A DNA stretch of 64,000 nucleotides. It comes from Malacoraja senta (lineage: Eukaryota). Below are positions 50,527-60,894 of this stretch, in pieces. The notes beneath the pieces were generated by a model. That model made no database searches. It worked only from the letters and a program-made list of their open reading frames with translations, and was not told where the DNA came from. The translations under genes and the position numbers were made by a program. Positions within the stretch are counted from its first letter, which is position 1. The number at the start of each line of letters is the position of its first letter. The stretch lies in NCBI GenBank assembly GCA_038087875.1, contig CM075991.1, positions 7,006,001 to 7,070,000 on the forward strand, read 5' to 3'.

Positions 50527-51648
50527 ATGGACAAAACGAGGAAAACCAAGAAGGCTGCTCCAAAGCTGGCGAGGGAGGACCGCGGAGTTGCGGGCAGCCA
50601 GCAGCAGCCAGCGGCACGGGAATCACCCGTAATGGGAACAGCTGTGCCCGACTTTGGCCCCGCACCGGCCAGATCTACACCGCGGCCGGGCGGTAAGGCA
50701 ATACAAAAGTCTAATAGAGTCGTTGACTCGGATGAGTCCGACTTTGAGCAGCCGCGAGCGGCCAGCGACCGTGAACGCTGGAGCCGGATGGAGCGGCTTA
50801 TGGAGCAAATGCTCCAACGTGACAGGCTCCGGGAGATGGAGTCTAGTCACTGTGGGCAATTTAATACACCCACAGCAGCACCTCTTGTAGGTCTGCACAG
50901 TGCATCTCCCTCGTCACAGGGGAGTACTGGGGGTCAATTCTGGGCTGACCCTGAAGAGGGGTTTCCAGAACAAACATCAAGTGTGCGAGGGGTGCAGGAA
51001 GACCACAATCTACTGGACATGGTGTCCCAATTCGTACAGCCAGACCAAACTGGCTGAAACCTGGAACCGAAACTAGCTGCCAGTATTGACTATATGTAAT
51101 TTAAGCAGCTACAGGAACAGGCTGTAATGGACACCACAGCAAGACATTTGCCACCTGGGAACTGTACATCCCTGAATGTTCCCATTGTAAATAATTGCAT
51201 ATGGAAACACGTCGGAGCAGGAGTTAGAGGCATGGATGTTAAACTCCAAAAAGTACTAAAGCTCCTAACAACGGGAACAACAGCTTTCGCCCGGACAGTA
51301 GATGAGAAGGAGATGTCGCAGGATCAACAGGATGCACTGGCACTCCTCTGTAATACACAATACGAAATTAACGTCATCAGGAAGAGTGCCATTCGACCTG
51401 CTTTAAACCCGAAATTTGCAGGTCTGTGCAAACCTGGCAACATAAAACCACCAATTTTACTATTTGGAGGTAACCTATCCAAACAAGTCAAAGAGCTCGA
51501 TGAGGAGGCAAAAACCCTGGGGCTCATCAAAGCGGCATCATCAAAAACCTACTATGGTCATAAACAGCACCCTTATGCACCCACCAGTAGAACAAGACAA
51601 ACTGGTGAAAGCTCAAAGGCCAGGTACACTGCACATGGGTCTTTTTAG
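50527..51648 (+). pseudogene. DIRS gag-like ORF1 with two in-frame stops (51055 TGA, 51097 TAA)
   Basis: ORFs 50527-51057 and 51127-51648 are in the same frame; homologous to the gag of copy A. Confidence 0.82.
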
Positions 51649-52600
51649 GCCATGGCCCAGACCGGCCTTCGTGGAAGATGCGCAAACCCCCAACGCCAAC
51701 CCAACCACAAACCCAGACGCCGGCGCCTCAACCTCCATGAAGGATTCACAAAAGGAAGTAAACCAGCCACTGGTAACTATGGAGGTAGGTGGGTCTGGTT
51801 CCTTACGAATTGCAGGGAGTATGGAGGTTGGTGCGAGATTACACTTCTTTCTGGATGAATGGAGTATGTTAACTACAGACACTTATATTTTAAGCAGTAT
51901 CCAGGGATATACCATAGAATTTATACACAAACATAGCCCTCCAGTTCAGCATGTACCGAACCGAATGTTCGTACTTTCAGGTAAAGAAAAATCAGAAGCA
52001 CATGCTGAACTGGAGCGGCTTCAATCAAAACGGGTAATTGAAAAAACCCAACACGAATCACTGGAATTTGTGTCCAATATCTTTACCAAAACCAAAAAAG
52101 ATGGTGGTTGTCGCATCATCATAGATTTGACAAATTTGAATACTTTTGTACAATATATTCATTTCAAAATGGAAACCTTTGTTACTGCTAAACAATTGAT
52201 TTCCAAAGGTTACTTCATGGCTAGCATCGATTTAAAAGATGCTTACTATTCAGTCCCTATACAAGGTGACCACAGATGTTATTTAAAATTCAACTGGATG
52301 GGACAGCTCTGGCAGTACAGAGCACTACCAAATGGGCTAACATCAGCCCCTAGGCTGTTCACTAAAATTTTGAAACCAGCTCTATCGTTTCTGCGGAAAC
52401 AAAAACACATGGTGATGGCATACCTAGATGACATCCTTATTGTGGGCAAAACTTTGGAATTGGCAAAAGAAACGGTAACAGCCACAAAACAATTATTTGA
52501 AAAACTGGGGTTTATCATCCATCCAGTTAAATCTAAATTAAACCCTTCCACCACAGTGGATTATTTGGGGTTCACCATTAACTCCGTTCACATGTCGTGA
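51464..52600 (+). CDS. DIRS reverse transcriptase (pol 5' part; true start uncertain)
   Basis: VGARLHFF..EW, KKDGGCRIIIDL, HFKME, SIDLKDAY, LPNGLTSAPRLFTK, YLDD and YLGF; apparent 1-nt deletion at ~52596 separates it from RNaseH. Confidence 0.92.
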   Translation: MEVTYPNKSKSSMRRQKPWGSSKRHHQKPTMVINSTLMHPPVEQDKLVKAQRPGTLHMGLFRPWPRPAFVEDAQTPNANPTTNPDAGASTSMKDSQKEVNQPLVTMEVGGSGSLRIAGSMEVGARLHFFLDEWSMLTTDTYILSSIQGYTIEFIHKHSPPVQHVPNRMFVLSGKEKSEAHAELERLQSKRVIEKTQHESLEFVSNIFTKTKKDGGCRIIIDLTNLNTFVQYIHFKMETFVTAKQLISKGYFMASIDLKDAYYSVPIQGDHRCYLKFNWMGQLWQYRALPNGLTSAPRLFTKILKPALSFLRKQKHMVMAYLDDILIVGKTLELAKETVTATKQLFEKLGFIIHPVKSKLNPSTTVDYLGFTINSVHMS

Positions 52601-53703
52601 CTTTGCCTAAGGAAAAGGCTATAGCCTTAATAGAGGCTTGCAATAACCTCATTGACATCAGTAAACCATCCATCAGATTGGTAGCAAGAATAATTGGCAA
52701 AATAGTGGCTGCCTTTCCAGCCACACAATTTGGACCTTTACATTATCAAAATTTACAGAGGGCAAAAATACGAGCACTCAAAATTAATGCTGGTCATTTT
52801 GACAGACCAATGAAGCTACCAATCGAAGCCATAATGCAACTAAAATGGTGGACAGATAACATTCGGCATTGTTCCAATCCAATCGTTATCAACAACCCTT
52901 CTATGGTGCTACAAACTGATGCCAGTGCACTTGGTTGGGGTGCTACCAATTCCATCTCCAGCTGTGGAGGCAGATGGACTGCACAAGAGGCGTCATTATT
53001 ACATACACTGGGCATAAACTACCTCGAAATGATGGGTGCATTCTATGGACTAAAGTCATATTGTTCTGGGTTATATCACCAGCATGTTAGACTACAGATT
53101 GACAATACCACGGTGGTAGCATATATCAACCACATGGGTGGAAACAAATCGATATCATGTGACAAGCTGGCCAACACAATTTGGCAATGGTGTATCCAGA
53201 AAAATATTTGGATATCAGCCACTTACCTACCAAGTAAACTAAATTCAGTGGCAGACACCAGGTCACGCAAATTTAATGAAAATACTGAATGGATGTTGGA
53301 TAAAAAAGTATTTGCTGATATTACAGCATGGTATGGAACACCAGATATCGATCTAATCGCATCCAGGCTTAATCACCAGTTATCAAACTATGTTTCATGG
53401 GAACCAGATCCTGGGGCAGCGGCGACAGATGCATTTTCGCTGCATTGGGGGAAATTGTTTATTTATGCATTCCCTCCTTTCTGCCTCATCAGTCGGGTAT
53501 TAAGGAAAATACAGCAAGACTCTGCGTCTGGTATTTTGGTAGTACCCGATTGGCCTACTCAACCATGGTTCCCTGTGATACTCGACATGGTATTAGAACC
53601 ATGCATCACCATCTGGCGTAGACCAGATTTACTGGTTCATCCCGTAACAAGGGAAAGCCACCCATGTCATAACCATATGAACTTATTAATTTGTAGAGTC
53701 TAA
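52597..53703 (+). CDS. DIRS RNase H plus DNA N6-adenine methyltransferase-like domain (pol 3' part)
   Basis: TDASALGWG, INYLE, DNTTVVAYIN and NSVADTRSR (RNase H); DIDLIAS, DAFSLHW, YAFPPF and VVPDWPTQPWF (MT). Confidence 0.9.
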   Translation: MTLPKEKAIALIEACNNLIDISKPSIRLVARIIGKIVAAFPATQFGPLHYQNLQRAKIRALKINAGHFDRPMKLPIEAIMQLKWWTDNIRHCSNPIVINNPSMVLQTDASALGWGATNSISSCGGRWTAQEASLLHTLGINYLEMMGAFYGLKSYCSGLYHQHVRLQIDNTTVVAYINHMGGNKSISCDKLANTIWQWCIQKNIWISATYLPSKLNSVADTRSRKFNENTEWMLDKKVFADITAWYGTPDIDLIASRLNHQLSNYVSWEPDPGAAATDAFSLHWGKLFIYAFPPFCLISRVLRKIQQDSASGILVVPDWPTQPWFPVILDMVLEPCITIWRRPDLLVHPVTRESHPCHNHMNLLICRV

Positions 53704-53741
53704 AAGTACCTCTACTGCAACTGGGACTGACGGACCGAACA

Positions 53742-54674
53742 GTGAACATTATTTCAGCGGCCCACAGACAGTCCACCAAAAAACAGTACCTGGTATACAT
53801 CAGGAAATGGGAGATGTACTGTCACAGAAACAACATCACCTACAGATCCAGGAACATCCTGTCTGTTCTGGAATTCCTGGCAGGCCTCCATTACGATGAG
53901 GGGCTCAGTTATAGTGCCATCAACTGCGCCAGAAGTGCCCTGTCAACATATCTATACCAAGGAGCAGAGCGTCATTCTGTTGGAACTCACCCCCTGGTAA
54001 CAAAACTTATGAGGGGAATTTTTAATATCAATCCCCCAAGAACCAGGTACTCCCAAATATGGGATGTGAGTATTGTCCTGACGATGCTAAGGAATTGGTC
54101 TCCAGCAAAAACACTGTCCCTACAAAGACTGACACTGAAAACAGTCATGCTGATGGCATTGGTCACGGCACAAAGGGTACAGACATTACATAAATTAAGA
54201 CTGGACAACAGGACTTCTTCATCTGGAAATATAACGTGTCATATTTATGAATTAGTCAAGCAGAACAGACAGGGGTCAGCAGGCCTCAATATAGAATTTA
54301 GGGCTTACCCGACAGATGATCGTCTCTGTATAGTAAGACATTTACTGCTATATATGGAGAACACAAAAATCATCAGAGGCAAAGAGATGGCACTATTAAT
54401 CAGCCACAAGCAACCTCACAAAAAAGTGACGGTCCAGACCATCTCAAGATGGCTGAAACAGGTTCTATTAAAGTCTGGGGTGGATACTAACATTTTCAAA
54501 TCTCATTCCACCAGGGCTGCAGCTACATCGGCAGCTATGCAGTTGGATGTTCCGATGGACCAAATCCTCAAGACAGCAGGATGGTCAACGGAGAAAACTT
54601 TCCAACTATTTTATCATAAACCAGTAATTAAATCTGGAACGTTTGCAGAAACAATTTTAAGTTCTGTAATATAA
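53742..54674 (+). CDS. DIRS tyrosine recombinase, open reading frame intact
   Basis: Core-binding N-domain plus catalytic set: R (AQRVQTL), H-x-x-R (HSTR), W (AGWS) and Y (FYHKP). Confidence 0.93.
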   Translation: MNIISAAHRQSTKKQYLVYIRKWEMYCHRNNITYRSRNILSVLEFLAGLHYDEGLSYSAINCARSALSTYLYQGAERHSVGTHPLVTKLMRGIFNINPPRTRYSQIWDVSIVLTMLRNWSPAKTLSLQRLTLKTVMLMALVTAQRVQTLHKLRLDNRTSSSGNITCHIYELVKQNRQGSAGLNIEFRAYPTDDRLCIVRHLLLYMENTKIIRGKEMALLISHKQPHKKVTVQTISRWLKQVLLKSGVDTNIFKSHSTRAAATSAAMQLDVPMDQILKTAGWSTEKTFQLFYHKPVIKSGTFAETILSSVI

Positions 54675-54838
54675 TTTCACCCCATAAATAGGGGCTATAA
54701 TTTGGTGTTAATAAATTTAACATGGATTTCAATGTCGTATTCATGTCTAAACATGTTAACACAATTCCTCCCATAGTCATTAAGGCAGATGTGATGCATG
54801 GACTCGTTTCCACGGCATGAAATCACAGAGCTTTGAAA

Positions 54839-54951
54839 TCTTTCACGTAGTCACTCACGTGACTCCGAAGTAAAATAGTAAGATTAAACGAGAACTTACC
54901 AGTTCGAAGTTTGATCATTATTTTATGAGGAGTACGTTGAGGGAATACGTG
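54839..54951. repeat. Internal complementary region (ICR) with circle junction
   Basis: Reverse complement reads right end-ATT-left end: ATCTTACT ATT TTACTTCGG (AAT at 54874-76). Confidence 0.95.
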
Positions 54952-56362
54952 CCCTCCGCTCCCACCCTTGATCATATATTCAACTGGTATCATCTTTTCT
55001 AATCTTACTATGTTCAGTCATTACAGTTATCTGTGATTTCACACCGCTGCTTTGAAGAATGACACGCATGCGTCCTGGCGGGGTCTTTCACGTATTCCCT
55101 CAACGTACTCCTCATAAAATAATGATCAAACTTCGAACTGGTAAGTTCTCGTTTAATCTTACTATTCTGCTCTAATAACTTATGAACATAACAAGCACCC
55201 ACAAACAGCAATGTGACAATGATTAGATAATTTGTTTTCGTGGCATTAGTTCAGAGATAAATTTGTCTTCAAAATAGCATTTGTCCTTACCATGCACTCA
55301 AACAGGCAGATGGAGCCTTGGCATGATCTATCTTGGTATTTATATCCTATCTAAAATAAGGTGCTTCAGACAGTGCAGCACTTGCTTTGTTCTTCTGTAA
55401 AATGTCCGACTATATTAATGCTGAAAATTCTGGCAATCTCCGGCACAGGATGACAGAATGGCACAGCGGTAGAGTTGCTGCCTCACAGCACCAGAGACTC
55501 GGGTTCGATCCTGTCTACGCGTGCTGTCTGTATGGAGTTTGTACATTCTCCCTGTGACCGCAGGAGTTTTCTCCGGGTCCTCTGGTTTCCTCCCACACTC
55601 CAAAGTTCTACAGGTTTGAAGGTTAATTTGCTTTGGTAAGCTGTAAAATTGGCCAAGGAGTGTAGAATAGTGTTTAAGAAGGAACTGCAGATGCTGGAAA
55701 ATCGAAGGTAGACAAAAATGCTGGAGAAACTCAGCGGGTGAGGCAGCATCCATGGAGCGAAGGAAATAGGCAACTTTTTGGGCCGAAACCCTTCTTCAGA
55801 CGTTGGTGTGCGGATTGATCGCTGGTTGGTGTGGACTCGATGGGCCAAAGGGCCTGTTTGTGTGCTGTATCTCTAAAGCTGAAAGTAAAGTCACTGGGGT
55901 GATATTTCCTCACTGAATAGATGCAATGCACTGGGAGGTAATATGTCCAACATAATTCCACAAATAGCTAATAGACAACAGCCTTGCTCTAACATTTTTT
56001 TCAAAGATTCTGGCATGAAAGGCACATGATTTTGCCTAAAACGTGGCGATTCTGGTGTACCATTTCAATGTTGTCTACTCTCTCACCCTCTACTACCTTA
56101 TACTCTTATACTTAACATGATTGTGCCTAATGTATAGCAGGATAAAGGTTATTTCCTTTCTCATGTATCCGTACACGGTGGATGGCTCATGTATAGTATT
56201 TCCGCTGTCTGGATAACACACAACAAAAGCTTTTCACTGTACCTCGGCACATATGACATTGAACTAAACGCAAGATTAGCACAATATACAAAAAAAAAAT
56301 TTCCCTGCACTTGTAATACATGACCATAAAGTACCATTGTAACGAAAGAATCATCGTGTATC

Positions 56363-56684
56363 TTTTTATTTTATTTTTTTTTAATTAATTTTTTATTAGA
56401 AGTAAGTACAATTGTATACAATCATATTTTCATAATACATTTTATGTACAGCTTCTTATTTTGTAATAAAGAGGAAAAAGAAAAAGAAGTTAGATAATGA
56501 AGAATAGAAAAATGTGAGATATATAGTGTGTGAAAAAGAAAAATAGAGAGTGAAAAAAGAAAGTTAAGAAATAGAAAATAGAAGAAAAAGAGTAAAAGAA
56601 GAAAAGAGAAGAAAAAGAAAAAAGAAGTAAGGAGATCGTATTTATAATCTTGACCATCCCTCACCCAGTCACGGATTAGCTTTT
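56363..56684 (-). mobile_element. L1-clade 3'UTR/poly-A fragment
   Basis: T-rich tail; imperfect 16-bp TSD AGAATCATYGTGTWTC at 56347-62 and 56685-700; 3' end resembles that at 20040-20086. Confidence 0.7.
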
Positions 56685-57316
56685 AGAATCATTGTGTTTC
56701 TGATATGAATAGTTGGTTCCAGGAATTTATAAACTGTTGAAAAAGGAAAATAATGAAGAGGTGTCGGTGTGGCAGAATTATCATGAAAGAGGAGATTAGT
56801 TGCAGTGTGGGAACAAGGTGCACTCTTTTCCATCCGCTAATCCTTAAATGTGTACCAATGGATTTGCCGGCTGGGCAGGTGAATTTTCAGGTGATCAGAG
56901 TGTAGCAATAAAACGTTGATGAATGAAAGAATTTGTATTCATGTCATCCGTCATTCTTGGCTTATTCCCAAACATTTATCGTCCATGAATTATGTTTAAG
57001 TGCTCAGTTTATGGTTGTGTTTTCAAATGCAAGTATGCAGCAACAACATGATCAAATTTAAAGTCCTGAAAACAAAACCCATCTGTGACTTTGAGTTGGC
57101 GCAGGTTCAGAGAGGAATGTTGGAAATGACAATAGGATTTTTTTTTTGTCTTTGACCTTGACTTCACCATCTGAGTTTTTACATCACCTGGAAAGCCGCA
57201 CTTGGTTTCATTTCTTATCTGAAAAATGTTCTCTAAATGACAGCACTTGAGTACAGAGTACTGTGCTGAAATATTAAAGTGGGTGCCAAGAATCTGCTGG
57301 GTATATCTGCTGGGTA

Positions 57317-57605
57317 TAGAAACATAGAAAATAGGTGCAGGAGGAGGCCATTCGGCCCTTCGAGCCAGCACCGCCATTCATTGTGATCATGGCTGATCGT
57401 CCCCTATCAAAAACCCGTGCCTGCCTTCTCTCCATATCCCTTGACTCAACTAGCCCCTAGAGCTCTATCTAACTCTCTCTTAAATCCTTCCAGTGACTTG
57501 GCCTCCACTGCCCTCTGTGGCAAGGAATTCCATAAATTCACCACTCTCTGGGTGAAAAAAGTTTTTTCTCACCTCAGTCTTAAATGACCTCCCCTTTATT
57601 CCAAG
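57317..57605 (-). mobile_element. CR1 3' end
   Basis: ATAGAAACATAGAAAATAGGTGCAGGAG… same family end as 20872-21165. Confidence 0.88.
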
Positions 57606-57956
57606 AACCTCCCCTTTATTCTAAAGATATATCTGCTCCATATATCAAGCCTGCATTACATGATACCACAGAAGACTTTACAGACCTTATTTTGAAACAT
57701 AGAACAGTACAGCACAGAAATAGGCCCTTCAGCCCACATAGTCTGTACCGATCGTAATGCCAAATTAAATAAATCTCCTCTGCCAGCACCTGATCCATCT
57801 ATTAATTCACTACAATAGCAATGTGCTTATCTAAAAGCCTCTTAAATATCACTGTTGTATCTGCTTCCCTCACCACCCCTGGTAGAAACCAATCACCCTC
57901 TGTGTGTGGAAACAGAAATTGTCCTGCACATCTCCTTTCAACATTTTCACTCTGAC

Positions 57957-58881
57957 CAGTGCCGGAATTAGATGAAGAGAGGCCCTCGGCTATTCCACTT
58001 GTGAGGCCCCTCCCAGGGCTAACATTTTTAAATAGGCAAAGTATCCAAATAACAAATAACAAACTGATCCCATTCACACAAGAATTCACAATATAACATG
58101 ATTTTTAAATCACATTTTGTTATGAATTTATATGCCAAATGGAATTAATTTAATGTTTAATTCCCATAAATTCATCCAGTAGCATCCACTCTGAAGATAA
58201 TCAAAATCATTATTTTTTGCACAATACATCTGACTAAAACTGTACTGTAGATATTTAGTATGAAAATATTGATCATGGATAGACAATAAAACAAAATATA
58301 GATGATTTAGATGTTCTTATGACATGATTGTGCAAAAAAATAATGAATTTGATTATCTTGAGAGTGGATGTTTCTGGATTGTGATCAATTGGAATGTGGC
58401 AGGCAAGTAACGGCCGATTCGTATAGGGGCCTGAATAATATTTGTCGCATCAGCAGATTAAAATGAAGCCACACCAAAAAGCAAGAAAATATGTTAAATA
58501 AACAACATACCTTTTGTTTTGTCCTGCACTTGCGATCCATGATGTTGAAGGCACTTTTAGTCATGCGGAAATTTTTCAATCCAGCGGAAATGGGAGCGCA
58601 ATCGCAGAACGGATTTTCTTCATCAGCCAGCAGTCCGAGTAAATTCCTCTCCGACAACCAATACAAACCTGCATTTTAATCCCACCCCCTCCCCCCCCAC
58701 CCCCAAAGCCTCGGGAATCGCACGCACAGGCAGCAGGCAGATCTGCAGCGCCACTGATGGTAGGTTTTGTAACAACGCTACTATGACAGTATCAAAAATA
58801 TTATACACCTTGGCCAGAGGCCACCTAGATTTTGAGACCCTAGGCTTCAGCCTGCGGAGCCTATAGATAAATCCGTTTCTG
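57957..58881. mobile_element. hAT-like non-autonomous DNA transposon
   Basis: Imperfect TIR CAGTGCCGGAATTA / TAAATCCGTTTCTG; 8-bp TSD ACTCTGAC/CCTCTGAC; the host CR1-like sequence resumes across it. Confidence 0.55.
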
Positions 58882-60462
58882 CCTCTGACCTTAAATTTAT
58901 GCTATCTAGTCTTTGACTTTTCCACCACAACAGTTTACACTTTACCTTATTGTCACGTGTACTGCGGTACAGTGAAAAGCTTCCAACTGTCTGACCTATC
59001 TCTGCCTCTCATAATTTTATATGCTTCCATCTGGTCTCCTCACCGTCTCACACTCCAGAGAAAACAACCTGAGTTTGTCCAACCACTCCTGAACTTGCTA
59101 AGCATTGCTTTGTATATAAGCACGATGATACACATATATAAATTGAGTTCAGCTCCCTCCCTTGAGTGGCAAGCTATTGAATGAAGTGCTTTATCTAAGG
59201 TCTAAACTCGTTATGTGTTGATGTGAGAATACATTGGATGGTACGGCTTTGAAATCAACAGCCAGCTCTCCAGAGAGGGTTTGAACCAGCTTATCATTAA
59301 ACAGGTGCAGAGTTATGATTTCCCTGTCAACCATAAGACGAAGTTCCGTTGCACAGATTGAACTGGAGAAAGGAGAAGCTAATGCATACAGTCATCTACT
59401 AACATGTAATATTACAGAATCTGAATTGCAGTCGGCATCTTCATGACGCGAAAGGCTACACTCTTGATCCATTATTATTGGAAACAGTCACAGGGTTGTA
59501 CAGCAGGGAAAGAGGTCCCTCTGCCCAGCTTGCCCAAGCTGACCGAGATGCCCCATCTACACTAGTCCCACTTGCTGATGTTTTGCCCATATCCCTCTAA
59601 ACATTCCCTATTCATGTACCTGTCCTAATGTCTTTAAAATGTTGCTGTTGTATTTGCCTCAACTATCTCCTCTGGCAGCTCATTCCATATAGCCACCAAG
59701 CTCTGTGCAAAAGATTGCCCCCTCGGGCTCCTATTAAATCATTTTTCTCTCATCTTCAACCCTGGTCCTCTGGTTCTTGATTCCCCAACTCTGGGTGAGA
59801 CTCTGTGCATCAATCTATTCCTCTCACAATTTGATACACCTCTATAAGCACCTCTCACATCCGTTTGCTCTCCAAGGAATAAAGTATTAGCCCATCCAAC
59901 ATCTCCCTGTAACTCAGTCCCTCCAGGTTTGTAGGTTAATTGGCTTGGAATAATTTTAAAATTGTCCCTAGTGTGCGTGAGTACACCTCAAGTCCTGGCA
60001 ACATCCTCATAGACCTTCTCTGCACTCTTTCCAGCTTAACAGCATATAGGAATCCTTTTAGATGTCAACATTTCAGGTCAACGTCTGCATATTTGCAAGT
60101 TTCTCTGTCAGTAAAGGTCGATTGATATGAACTGTCTCTTTCCATTCACCACCTAAACCTCTCCAGATTTGGTCCTTGCTCTGCATTAATATGTGTGCAT
60201 GTCTCCATAAAATCCATTGCACTCGTCGTAATATGGTCTGTGGAGTCTGCCTTTCCTCCTCCAGAGATGCCGACACAATTGCAGGTTCCTGACAACGAAA
60301 GTAACATTCATTTACAATGGCAAATGATACAAGGTGTTTTACAACAGTATTATCATATACAATTTTAATCTATTCGAATAAGGAAATATTAACTGATGAT
60401 GCAATTTTTTTAATAAGACAGCACCCATAGTCAGGATCCAACCCAGGTCTCTGGCGCACTAA

Positions 60463-60894
60463 AGGGCCTGTCCCACTTTCACGACTTAATTCAAAACCTC
60501 TGCCGAGTTTAAAGGACCTAAACAAAAATCAAGATCATGGTAATCTACGAACTCCTACGACCTTCCACGACTCTGTTCACGAACTCCTACGAACTCCTAC
60601 GAGTATGTCTACGAATTCCCACGACTATTTCGATGCCCTCCTTACGAGTAAAAAAGTTGCAATTTCTTTCATCCCGACCATTTTTTTACTCGTGGACATT
60701 TTTTATCGGGCTGGAAAAAACGTCCCGACTTACCTGATGCCACGCGTACCCACGGCTGGCATAACGAGCCGCTACGATATATCTACGAACTCCTACGACC
60801 CCCTACGGACTCGTTACGAACATTCTGCGAGTTTGAATCAAGGGGAAAACTCGGGAGAATTCGTGAATTACCTCGTGAAAGTGGGACAGGCCCT
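60463..60894. mobile_element. PIF/Harbinger-type MITE (copy 3)
   Basis: TIR AGGGCCTGTCCCACTTTCACGA / TCGTGAAAGTGGGACAGGCCCT (22/22); TSD TAA; internal TACGAACTCC repeats; sits inside a SINE head. Confidence 0.92.

Larger units (their letters stand above)
50321..55166 (+). mobile_element. DIRS1-like tyrosine-recombinase retrotransposon, full length, young (copy B)
   Basis: ITRs 50348-50383/55059-55094 (36/36). ICR 54839-54951 is a perfect complement of the left end 50321-50358 and the right end 55089-55166. Inserted in a CR1 3' end at ATT. Confidence 0.97.

Noticed and set aside
52597-54674. Integrase plus methyltransferase read as a prophage or horizontally acquired bacterial island
   Set aside because: Both lie inside ITR/ICR-bounded DIRS elements with gag and RT, which is standard DIRS gene content.
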